From the NCBI GenBank assembly GCA_964016885.1, contig OZ024761.1, forward strand, positions 14,322,001 through 14,386,000: DNA of 64,000 nucleotides. The letters are read 5' to 3'. Below the pieces are notes generated by a model. It worked only from the letters and a program-made list of their open reading frames with translations, was not told the origin of the DNA and ran no database searches. Source of the stretch: Eledone cirrhosa (Eukaryota). The translations under genes were made by a program, and so were the position numbers. This document shows, piece by piece, positions 14,311 through 27,943 of the stretch (the first letter of the stretch is position 1; every line of letters begins with the position of its first letter).

Positions 14311-17300
14311 GCTTGAAAGACAACAGCTGTATAAAAAAGTGCTGTGCGATCAAAATTGATGGAAGTTACAGAGTAGGTAGACCCAGGAAAACCTGGAGCG
14401 ATTTGATAAATTCCGACCTTACACACTTACACCTCTCTAAGACAATGTCACTGGACCGAGATCTTTGGTGCCATGCAGTAATACAGAAGACCCGCCTTGC
14501 CTAAGTACAAAGCGAAACCTACAGTCTTAACCAAATATACACCCCAACCCACTACCCCTACTCCACCCTCCCACTCCCACCAACACCACCCTTTGTCTGT
14601 AAGGTTATGTTGGTACCACAACATCCAGTTCAAACTAATGAGGTTGTGTAGGTGTCATGACAAAAAAAACACACCCTGTAATGTTGCTGTGTAGGTAACA
14701 CGGTAAAAACCTCCCAGTCCCACTGTAAATGTGATTGGTGTTAGGAAGGGCATCCAGCCATAGAAAATCTGTCAGACAGTCCTATACAAGCGAAACACGG
14801 TCACCCAACCAATCTTGCCTCAAGTGGATGTAAAACGGTGATGATGATGATGATGATGATATCATATTTCCCCTTTCAGAAATCCTTAATCCAGGAGGAT
14901 GGCAGTTACTCCTCAGAAGCAGGACCTCAACTCATTAACAAGGTCGTTGGAATTAATGCTAACGAAGCAGGTCTGTATTGTTATGTCCCCGTTTAGCTTT
15001 TTTCTTATTTATCTATGTATTTGTTTCATTTAACCCTTTCCTTGCCATATTTCTAATGAAAGACATTTCCTATGAATCGCAATTACTTTTGGCAACTAGC
15101 CCCTGCAAGCATTGAAAAACAGACATAAAATAGTGAGGGTGATATTATGTCAGTTCACATCTTTGAACAGGGTCTCAGGCTCAATTTGGCTAGCTATATG
15201 GAGTTGCTGATTACTGTGGTTAAGCCTTGGTTGGAGAAGATGGCTTCTGGAAGACCATATGTGTGGCAGCAAGTTTCAGCTCCCTGCCACAACTCTGGGA
15301 AAACTCAGAATTTTTACAACTTCACCAGCTCCAACGTTTGGCCTCCTAATTTCCCTCATTGCATTCCTATAGATTATTAAGTGTTGGGGCGCTGTGGAGA
15401 AAGACACCAACCATAATGCTTGTAACACCAACACCCAGCTGATCAACAGGATTAAGGAGGCATTTGAGGCTCTCCCTAGGGACACCATGAAGGCATATAC
15501 AACATTTAACCCTTTAATGCTCAAACCGGCCAGAATTCTCTACCTTTTTCTGTTGAAACTGGCTGTAACTGGTCACTCAAACTGATGTTAAGGTATTGTT
15601 CTCAAAATAAATACTTTCAAAATCTCATAGATTTGATATTATGTGAGATAAAGCATTTACCATGAAAATACAATAGTATATATAGAGTAATGTGAATGCT
15701 ATGTGAGATAAAGCCTTTACCATGAAAATACAATAGTATATATAGAGTAATGTGAATGCTAAAGGGTTAAAATGTCATGGAATTTCCACAGGATCAGCTG
15801 GCCATTATAATTACTATAGTTACAGCCCTTTATGAATTGAGTTCAAATCCTGTCATGGTTAACTTTGCCTTTCATCCTTACAGGCTTGATAAAATAAAGT
15901 ACCAGTAATGCACTGCGTAATTGCTGGCCTTGTGCCAAAAGTAGAAACAATTATAATTACTATTATAATTACTAGGAGATCAGATTAGCATGGGAGGAGG
16001 GTGTTCCGAGGCCATAGTATCTAGAATAAGGACGGGTTGGAAGAAGTTTAGGGAGCTGCTTCCTCTGTTGACGAAGAAGGGTTTCTCCCTGCGTACGAAA
16101 GGCCGGTTATATGATGCCTGTGTGAGGAGCGCGATGCTGCATGGTAGTGAGACATGGGCAGCAACCGCAGAGGATATGCGACGGCTGGAGAGAAATGAGG
16201 CAAGCATGCTCCGTTGGATGTGCAGTGTAAATGTGCGTGAACGACCCAGCATAAATGTGTTGAGAGAGAAACTGTGTCTGAGAGGGATTGAATGTAGTGT
16301 ACGGGAGAGGAGACTGAGGTGGTATGGACATGTGATGCGCATGGAGGATGACTGATGGGTGAAGAAGTGCCAGGAAATGCCAGTTGAAGGAAGACGTGGT
16401 AGAGGTAGACCACGAAAAACATGGGCAGAGGTGGTGAGAACAGACCTCAGATCATTGAAGCTCACGGTGGAGATGACGAAGCACCGTGACAAGTGGAGAG
16501 ATGCTGTGCTGAATAAGACCCGTCCCACCCTTGCAAGCAGGGAAAAGCGGACGTAAAATGATGATGATTGTGGTGGTTTTTATTGTTGTTTTTTTCTGCT
16601 TGTTTTGTATCAGTTTTGGAATTACTGGGAGATAATGTGTTGAAAGTGGAGGAGTACACTCACAGCTACCCCTATGACTGGCGTACCAACCAACCTGTGA
16701 TCATACGAGCTAGTCTACAATGGTTCATGGATACCAGCTCTGTGAAGGAAACCCTAATGGTATGTAAAAACATTGACAATTACCATTGGGTGACAAGGCT
16801 AGGTTTAGCTGGCCTCCTAGGAAGTTTTTCAGGTGTTTTAATGATAGGGGCCAGTCTTATATTGTTACAGTTCCCATCTACATAGGTTTTTCAGGTGTTT
16901 TAATGATAGGGGCCAGTCTTATATTGTTACAGCTCCCATCTATATAGGTTTAGCTGGCCTCCTAGGAAGTTTTTCAGGTGTTTTAATGATAGGGGCCAGT
17001 CTTATATTGTTACAGTTCCCATCTACATAGGTTTTTCAGGTGTTTTAATGATAGGGGCCAGTCTTATATTGTTACAGTTCCCATCTACATAGGTTTTTCA
17101 GGTGTTTTAATGATAGGAGCCAGTCTTATATTGTTACAGCTCCCATCTACATAGGTTTTTCAGGTGTTTTAATGATAGGGGCCAGTCTTATATTGTTACA
17201 GTTCCCATCTACATAGGTTTTTCAGGTGTTTTAATGATAGGGGCCAGTCTTATATTGTTACAGTTCCCATCTACATAGGTTTTTCAGGTGTTTTAATGAT

Positions 17301-20138
17301 AGGGGCCAGTCTTATATTGTTACAGCTCCCATCTACATAGGTTTAGCTGGCCTCCAAGGAAGTTTTTCAGGTGTTTTAATGATAGGGGCCAGTCTTATAT
17401 TGTTACAGTTCCCATCTACATAAGTTTAGCTAGCCTCCAAGGAAGTTATTCAGGTGTTTTAATGATAGGGGCCAGTCTTATATTGTTACAGTTCCCATCT
17501 ACATAAGTTTAGCTAGCCTCCAAGGAAGTTATTCAAGTGTTTTAATGATAGGGGCCAGTCTTATATTGTTACAGCTCCCATCTACATAGGTTTAGCTGGC
17601 CTCCTAGGAAGTTTTTCAGGTGTTTTAAGGATAGGGGCCAGTCTTATATTGTTACAGCTCCCATCTACATAGGTTTAGCTGGCCTCCTAGGAAGTTTTTC
17701 AGGTGTTTTAATGATAGGGGCCAGTCTTATATTGTTACAGTTCCCATCTATATGGGTTTAGCTAACTTGTTAGGAGGTTTTAAGGCTAGGGGCCACAGTC
17801 TTATGTGGTCTTATGTGGTTACAACTCCCACCTATACAAAGTTTCTCTGATGTTTTAACCCTTTAGCAATCAAACTGGCCATATCTAGCCAGAATTTTCT
17901 CACCTCTTTTTGTTCAAACTGGCCACTCATACTGACATTAAACGATAGTATGTGAGGTAAAGCCTTTACCACGAAAATACAATAGTAAATATCGAGTAAT
18001 GAAAATGCTAAAGGGTTAATTTTAGGGACCAGTCTTATATTGTTGTTGTAGCTCCCATCTATTTGGGTTTAGCTAACCTCCTAGGAGATTTCTCAGGTAT
18101 TTGAATGATAGGGACCACAGTCATATCATGTTGTTATAGCTCCTACCTACATTGGTTTAGCTCTCACACACTCACTCTCTCTCTCTCTCTCCCTCTCTCA
18201 CTCTCACTCTCTCTCCACCACAGAGATGTCTTGATTCAGTGAACATCTATCCCAGGACATCCCAAAACAGTATGGTATCCCATATAGAATCAAGGACCTA
18301 CTGGTGTATATCTCGACAAAGATCCTGGGGTCTTCCTATTCCCGTCTTCTACTGTCGCTCCACTGGCAAACCATTCATCACAGAGTAAATATCCCCCCCC
18401 CTTTTTTTATTTTTCCTGAAATATTCTTGTGTGTTGTTGTTGTTGGTGGTGGTTGATATTATGGTATTGGTGGTGGTTGTTGTGGTGGTTGTTGTGTGGT
18501 GGTGGTTGTGGTTGTTGTGGTGGTGGTTGTTGTGGTGGTGGTTGTGGTTGTTGTTGTTGTTGGTGTTTGATATTATGGTGTTGGTGGCGGTTGTTGTTGT
18601 TGTGGCGGTGGTGGTGGTTGTTGATGAGGTTGTTGTTGTGGTTGTTGTTGGGGTGGTGGTTGTGGTTGATGCGGTAGTAGTGGTGGTAGTAGTGGTGGTG
18701 GTTGTGGTTGATGTTGTGGTGGTGGTGGTGGTGGTTGTTGTGGTTGATGCGGTAGTAGTGGTGGTGGTGGTGGTTATGGTTTATGTTGATGTAGTTAATG
18801 TGGTTGTTAAATTTGTGATGGTGGTTGTTGTTGTTATAGTTGTTGTTATTTAACCCATGGTCAGCTTATGATGGAGCTGACCATTGATGACCAGATCCGT
18901 TCCAACCACGACCCTCCTACTTATGTCTTCCATTACAGAGACAGTATCAACCATATCAGCAAGCTGTTCATTCAACTTGGTACCGATGCTTGGTGGAAGA
19001 TGTCCATTAAGGAACTCTTACCAAACTCCATTCTACAGAAGGTAAGGTTCTATTGATGGTGGTGTTGGTGGTTGTATTGATGGTGGTGGTAGTGGTTGTA
19101 TTGATGGTGGTGGTGGTAGTGGTTGTATTGATGGTGGTGGTAGTGGTGTATGTTGTTGGTGTGGGGAGTGGTTCCACTATGAGCAGGGTACAACGTGGCC
19201 TACTGGCCAGACACTCCATATAACGGGACCACCTAGTTCCACACTTTAAATGTGGTCAGTGTTAAGAACAGCATTCAGCAGCCGTAAAAACCCAGCTCCC
19301 AAAACACGGTCCTGCTATGAACAAGGTATGATATGGTCAACTGTCCTGACCTTCCTCATAATGGTACCACCCAGCTTCCACCAAAATATGTCCCGCTCCA
19401 TCTATTTCTGTCCGCTGGTCTTACTTGGGCCGAGGTCAAGCCTAGCTTGATCCCGACGGACATCCTCCATCCAAGTCCTTTTTTGGTCTGCAAAAGCTTT
19501 TGAAATTCTTGCATTTAATTCAGCCTCCTGCCTTCCATCACTTGAGAACACGGACCCGAGATACTTGAACTTCTCTACCTGCTTCAGTGGAACTCCATTC
19601 ACATGTAGAGTGCTCTGCACTGGCATCCTTGAGAGGATGAGTGTCTCAGTTTGCACAGCACTGATTTTCAATCCAGTCATACAGCACTCGGCATCAAACC
19701 TATCAAGTTCAAGTCAAAGATCATTTTCTGTCGAGTTAAGTAGCTCCATCATCATCATCATTTTACGTCCGCTTTTTCCCTGCTTGCAAGGGTGGGACGG
19801 GAAACTGATTCTGGCTTGATTTCTACAGCTGGATGCCCTTCCTAACACCAACCTCATTTACAGTGAGTGCTGGGTGCTTTTTTGCTGTGGCACCTGCACG
19901 ACCACTTTGCAGTGGAATGATAGGGACCCCAGTCCCTATCATCTCATTTCTACAGCTGAGTAAACTGGAGCAATGTGAAATAAAGTGTCTTGCTCAAGGA
20001 CACAATGCATCACCCACAATGCATCACCCAACCATTCGATTGCAAGGCCAATGCTCTAACCACTTAGCCATGTGCCTCCATATATATATATGGAGGCATA
20101 TATATATATATATATATACACATATTACCTACACTCAA

Positions 20139-20194
<56 letters not shown>

Positions 20195-20276
20195 TACCTA
20201 CACTCAAACACACACACATATATATATATATATACATGAGTGTGTGTGTGTGTATGTATATATATGTGTATGTGTA

Positions 20277-20338
<62 letters not shown>

Positions 20339-20601
20339 TATATATATATATGTACATATATATGTATACATATATATGTATATATATATATGTACATATA
20401 TATATATATGTACATATATATGTATACATATATATGTATACATATATATGTACATATACATATACATATATATATACATATATATATACACATACACATA
20501 TATACATATATATACATATATATATACATATATATATACACATACACATATATACATATATATACATATATAGATATATATATATATACACACACACACT
20601 C

Positions 20602-20638
<37 letters not shown>

Positions 20639-21585
20639 GATAAATCTACCAAAAGTTTACGGTAGTGTCCAATCCGTATGAAGAACTCAATGTAATCCGG
20701 ATATCATGGAAAGAAGAGATGCATTCAAAAATCACTTTCGGTGAAAGATAAACGGAATACAGAGTCAAGATAAAATGTTAAAAAAATAATGAATAAAACA
20801 ATGAAACAGTTCCTTATATTAAACAAAAAAAGTTCATTATTTAACGATCGTTTCTAGGACATATATGTGTTAAAATTGGCATGCATATTCAACAGATCTA
20901 TGTACAAAATTATACAAAATTATACAAACTATCAAATATAATATACATACCAACACATACATATGCCGTCTTCAGAAATAATGAAATATATTTATTGATA
21001 ATAACAACAATTCAAAATTACAGGTCTGTTTGGGAACAGAGTTTAAATTGACCAATGAAATACACAAAAATATATCAAGAAAATACAGTTAGGTGTGTGT
21101 ATATATGTAAGTAACCTCGTTCACGGATATGCATAAAAATATATGTTCACATGCATACGCATGTCGAAAAAATGTATGTAAATACAAAAATTCAGGGCTA
21201 ATGTCTCTGTATGTTTATAATCTACAGACAAAATACACATACGTATATAAACATATATACACTCATATATACACACATATACATACATTCATACACACAT
21301 GCGCATATACACATAAACATACACATACCCACGAACATACACACACACATACGTATATATTATTATTATAACTATAAGGATATTAAGGCACACACATAAA
21401 CACTGCCACATATATTTACATCTAGATGCAGTAGGTAAATAGGTAAAGGGGGTCAGTAATTACTGAGGGTGTCAGACAACTGCCTATTTATAAAATGTAT
21501 CTATAAATTTAGAAATAAAAAGAAATATATTAAAAAGAAATAAACAAGTAAAATATATACTCATACATAAAATACACACCGATAT

Positions 21586-21644
<59 letters not shown>

Positions 21645-21655
21645 TATATATATAT

Positions 21656-21716
<61 letters not shown>

Positions 21717-21731
21717 TATATATATACACAC

Positions 21732-21762
<31 letters not shown>

Positions 21763-24700
21763 TATATAGAGACATATATATATACATATATAAATACATA
21801 GACACACATACATACACACATATATATATACATATACTCACAACACATATATATATCATCATCATCATCATCATCATCATCATTTTACGTCCGCTTTTCC
21901 CTGCTTGCAAGGGTGGGACGGGTCTTATTCAGCACAGCATCTCTCCACTCGTCACGGTCCCTCGTCATCTCCACCGTGAGCTTCAATGATCTGAGGTCTG
22001 TTCTCACCACCTCCGCCCATGTTTTTCGTGGTCTACCTCTACCGCGTCTTCCTTCAACTGGCATTTCCTGGCACTTCTTCACCCATCGGTCATCCTCCAT
22101 GCGCATCACATGTCCATACCACCTCAGTCTCCTCTCCCGTACACTACATTCTATCCCTCTCAGACACAGTTTCTCTCTCAACACATTTATGCTGGGTCGT
22201 TCACGCACATTTACACTGCACATCCAACGGAGCATGCTTGCCTCATTTCTCTCCAGCCGTCGCATATCTTCTGCGGTAGCTGCCCATGTCTCACTACCAT
22301 GCAGCATCGCGCTCCTCACACAGGCATCATACAACCGGCCTTTCGTACGCAGGGAGAAACCCTTCTTCGTCAACAGAGGAAGCAGCTCCCTAAACTTCTT
22401 CCAACCCGTCCTTATTCTAGATACTATGGCCTCGGAACACCCTCCTCCCATGCTAATCTGATCTCCTAGGTACCGGAAGCTATCCACCACTTCTATAGCG
22501 CCCTCTCGCATTTGAAAAATGTGTCTATCAGTGCGACTTCTACTGTCTAATTTCCCTGTACATCTACTGCATACATATTTCTCCCTACCTGTTAGTTTGC
22601 CTGCTATCCCGCTACATCTCTTGTGTACCCAGGACCTACATTGTGTGCATTTTATAGAATTTATGCCAGTTCCTTTTCTGCATATCGAACATGGCCATTT
22701 CCCTGACGGAATCAGGGTTTTGTCCTCTTTTCTACTCATCAACACTTTTGTCTTAGCTAGATTTACTCTCAGTCCTCTTGCTTCCAACTGCTGTTTCCAT
22801 AGCCGGAATTTATTCTCTAGCTCCTCTACTGATTCTGCCATAAGAGCCAGATCGTCAGCATAGAGAAGTTCCCATGGACAGCCAGTCTTAAACTCCTCTG
22901 TTATGGCTTGGAGGACTATAATGAACAAGAGCGGGCTGAGGACCGAACCCTGATGTACTCCTACTTGTATCTGGAATTCCTCACTAAACTCCATTCCTAC
23001 CCTGACTTTACTGAGAGTACCTCTGTACAAAGTTTGCACTGTCCTTACAAGCCATTCCTCAACACCCAGCTTCCTTAGGGACCACCAGATGACAGATCGG
23101 GGTACCCTATCAAAGGCCTTCTCTAGGTCAACAAAGGCTAAGTATAGTGGCTTATTCTTCTCTAAGAACCTCTCTTGCATTTGTCTCACCAAGAAGAGGG
23201 CATCTGTTGTACTCTTCCCAGGCACAAAACCAAACTGCATCTCATCTAGTTTGACCCTTTCTCTAATTAGTTGTGCTAGAATCCTTTCTGCCACTTTCAT
23301 AACCTGATCTATCAGTTTTATACCCCTATAATTGCTCCTCTCCAAAGCATCCCCTTTACCTTTGTAGCAATTTATGAGAATACTGCTGCACCAGTCTTTG
23401 GGTATGACACCACCATATATAGCCTGATTGATTATGCGTGCAACCAGTTTAGTGCCTACGTCCCCTGATGCCTTCAGCATCTCAGCAACTATTCCCGATG
23501 GTCCGGCCGCCTTACCATTTTTCATTTCCCTAATCGCCTCTTGGACCCTATATTCGTCAATCTCAATAGCTGGTCCCTCTGTCGGATCTACCAAGGGCAA
23601 TTTCTCTCTCTCCCATTCGTTCTCCACATTCATCAGTCTCTCATAATGACATTTCCAGGCCTCCTTTTTCTGGTCATTCGTGACACTAAGTACACCGGCA
23701 TCATCCCGGACACATTTATCACCAACAACATCCTGATTTGCATTGACACACTGCCTTGCAATGTGGAACACCGCACGCCTCTGATCTTCCCGTCGCAGAA
23801 CATTGGCAAACCTCCTACTCTCTGCCTCCCTGCGTGCTAAGTACACCTGACGTCTAGCTTCTCTCTTAGTGGCTGTATATTCTTCCCTACTCCCACCCTT
23901 ATTCCAAGCCTTCCATGCTAGTCTTTTGTCTCTAATAGCCTTATCTACACTGCTGTTCCACCACCAGGTCACTCTCTGTCTGGTTGGAGCTCTGCTCCAG
24001 CCACAGGTTTCATCAGTAGCCTTCAGCAAGTTGTCACGTAAGAACTTCCAGTTATTATCTATGTCATACGTCTCTAAATCGTCTTCTTTTTCGTCATATA
24101 CATCTTGAAGGGCTTTCCTAAATTTGAATTTTAGTGAAAGGTCTTTTAGCTTCCAGACCTTTCTTCTCCACACCTTCCTATATGTCTCATTCCATCTCTT
24201 GCTTACTGAGATATCACTAACAACTAACCTATGCTGTGGGGTACATTCTTCCCCAGGGTATGCCTTGGTATTAGACACTATCTGCCTGTCCCGCTGCCTA
24301 ACTAGCAGGAAGTCAATCTGGCTTATGTGCTCACCAGATTTGTAGGTTATTAGGTGATTGGCAGGTTTCTGGAAGTTTGTGTTGCAAATAGTCAATGTAC
24401 TTGCATCACAAAATTCAAGAAGTCTCACTCCTTCTTCATTTCTTGAACCGTAACCGTGCCCACCATGTACCCCAGTGTAACCATCCTGGAGCTGTCCAAC
24501 ATGACCATTGAAGTCTCCTGCTAGCATAACGATGTCTCCGTCCTCTGTCATTGTGGTTGTTTGCAAAAGTTGCTCATAAAAGCAGTCTTTCTCATCTTTG
24601 CCTAGGCCTGCTTGGGGAGCATAGACCGAGATGATTGTCAGTAGTCTCCTACCTACAACTAATCTAAGCTTAATTATTCGATTACTAACTCGAACTACCT

Positions 24701-25391
24701 CTATTGTCTTATTGATCCATTTCTCAGCCAGGAAAATGCCTACTCCCCCTAACCCATCATCCTTACCTACCCAGAATAGCTTATAGCTAAGACGCTTGCC
24801 TACGACTAGTCTCGCAGAGGCACCCCTCCATCTCACCTCTTGCACGCAGCACACATCCACCTGCCTTCTCTCCAGCATCTCCGCTATTTCAGCAGACCTA
24901 CCTCTGAGAGTGCCAACATTAAGTGTTGCAACTCTGAGATGCGACGTCTTCATATTTTTCTATGCTGTTTTGTTGCTGTGCTGATAAGCTTTTTGGCATT
25001 GATACACTGGTTGGATGCCCTTCCTAACACCAGGGATGCCCTTCCTAACACCAGGGATGCCCTTCCTAACACTATATATATATATATACATATATGTACA
25101 TAACATACACATACACATACATACATATACATATATATATATATATACACACATATATATACATACATATATACACACGCATATATATATACATACACGC
25201 ACATATATATACACACACACACATACATATACGTATATATACATACACATATCCATGTATATATATATACACATACAACCACACGCTCACACACAACTCA
25301 GACATACATAAATAAAGAGATATACATACACACATATATATATATATAGATATATACATACACATAAATATATATACACACACACACACAT

Positions 25392-25439
<48 letters not shown>

Positions 25440-25535
25440 AAATAAATAAATAAATAAATAAATACACACAGTCAGACAATTATGCACACATATATATATA
25501 CATACACACATCTCTACAAATATATATACACACAT

Positions 25536-25570
<35 letters not shown>

Positions 25571-27902
25571 CACATATATGTATAAATAGATAGACATATA
25601 TATACATACATACGCATATATACATATATATATATATATCTATATATATACAATCATACACACTTATTTACATGCGCACATATGTATTTTTATACTCACA
25701 TACAAACACCCAAACATACATCCACGCTTACAAATACGAATAATTATAGGGGGGGGGGGTTAAAATTATTAGTGGGAAATAGTAAATATAGGTTTCAAGG
25801 AACATAGAATATTAATCTGCATTTAGATCATAATATGTGTTTACATAGTAGTTTCAGTATTAGGAAATGTAAGAAAGAAGGCAAAATTATGCATTTTAAT
25901 ATAAGTAGACTATTAATTATAGGTTAACTAAATTAAAAATAGTTAATATATTGATTTCTAAGGTGTATACCACTTAGGTTTATAATATTTAAAGCGGAAT
26001 TTTGAAGTTAAACAGTAGTAGAGTATTAATTATAGCATAACTAAATTAAAAATATTAACATTATGGTATCAATTTTAGGAAATGAATTTAGTAATAGGGA
26101 AAACCAAATCAAGTATTTCATCGGTAGTAGAATATAAATTATAGGTTAAATAAATTAAAATTTATATATTAATTTCTATAGTATATGTTAATTAGGTTTA
26201 TAATAATTAAAGCAGATTTTGTATTTTATCTATAGTAGAATATAATTATAGGTTAACAAAAATTAAGATTAATATATATATATATATATTTAATTGTAAA
26301 GAATATATTAATTAGGTATATATTTAAAAGTTTATCTCAGTTTATGATTATATGATATTCTGCAATCCATCTGTATTAGAATTTTAATTTTAAGCTAACT
26401 AAATTAAAATTATAGGTTAACTAAATTAAAATTAATTTATAAATAAATTTCTAAATTGTACATTAATTAGGTTTATAATATTAAAAAGTATTTCTCTGTT
26501 ATTGATTACACGATATTTTGTTATATTTCATCTGTAAAGGAATTTTAATAAAAGGTTAAATAAACTAAAATTAATCTATAAATTAATTTACAAAGTATAT
26601 ATTAATTATGTTAATAATATTTAAAAGTTTTTCACAATTTATGATTACACAATATTTTTTAATCTCATCTGTAGTAGAATTTTAATTAAATTAAAGTTAT
26701 AGGTTAACTACATTTAAATTAAATTATATATTAATTTCTAAAATATATATTATTAATTAGGTTTATAATATTTAAATGTTTTTCTCAGTTTATGATTACA
26801 CGATATAATTAATTCCTGTCGCTTATTTAATAGGATATCCTTAGATTTCATTATTTCAAATAGTTCTTGGGAACATAATCTACATTCATTTCTATTATTT
26901 TGATAAGGGGTGGCTCTTTTGAGCACACTCCAGGTCATATCATATTCTATATTCTTATTTCTATAACTATTAATTTTTTCTGCTAGAGATGTTGTATTAG
27001 CCAGTGCGGCATTTTTAAAACTATGTTTGTGGGTATTAAACCTTACCTTAAAATTGTTAGAAGTAGCTCCTATATATGAGCAAATAGAATCTTTAGTTTT
27101 AACTTTACATTTATAAACTATGTTGTTAACAAGACAATTTCCTTTTAATGGGCAGTTTGCTTATATATATTTCTTTTTATTTCTAAATTTATAGATACAT
27201 TTTATAAATAGGCAGTTGTCTGACACCCTCAGTAATTACTGACCCCCTTTACCTACTTTACCTACTGCATCTAGATGTAAATATATGTGGCAGTGTTTAT
27301 GTGTGCGCCTTAATATCCATATAGTTATAATAATAATATATACGTATGTGTGTGTGTGTGTATGTTCGTGGGTATGTCTATGTTTATGTGTATATGCGCG
27401 TGTGTGTGTGAATGTATGTATATGTGTGTATATATGAGTGTATATATGTTTATATACGTATGTGTATTTTGTCTGTAGATTATAAACATACAGAGACATT
27501 AGCCCTGAATTTTTGTATTTACATACATTTTTTCGACATGCGTATGCATGTGAACATATATTTTTATGCATATCCGTGAACGAGGTTACTTACATATATA
27601 TACACACACCTAACTGTATTTTCTTGATATATTTTTGTGTATTTCATTGGTCAATTTAAACTCTGTTCCCAAACAGACCTGTAATTTTGTATTTCTGAAG
27701 ACGGCATATGTATGTGTTGGTATGTATATTATATTTGATAGTTTGTATAATTTTGTATAATTTTGTACATAGATCTGTTGAATATGCATGCCAATTCTAA
27801 CACATATATGTCCTAGAAACGATCGTTAAATAATGAACTTTTTTTGTTTAATATAAGGAACTGTTTCATTGTTTTATTCATTATTTTTTTAACATTTTAT
27901 TT

Positions 27903-27943
<41 letters not shown>

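Larger units (their letters stand above)
20636..27900 (-). mobile_element. 5'-truncated Penelope-like element with inverted pseudo-LTR, interrupted by an RTE
   Basis: GIY-YIG C-terminal fragment 26753-27162(-) nearly identical to the 40-kb ORF; inverted arms 20770-21530 and 27165-27900; 3' extension 20636-20769 matches the reverse complement of 45874-46008; (TA)n at both ends. Confidence 0.88.

Noticed and set aside
18429-18853. Poly-Val/Trp ORFs here and at 56616-57312, plus the 302-aa ORF at 60086-60994
   Set aside because: (GGT)n, (GA)n and (GT)n low-complexity artefacts
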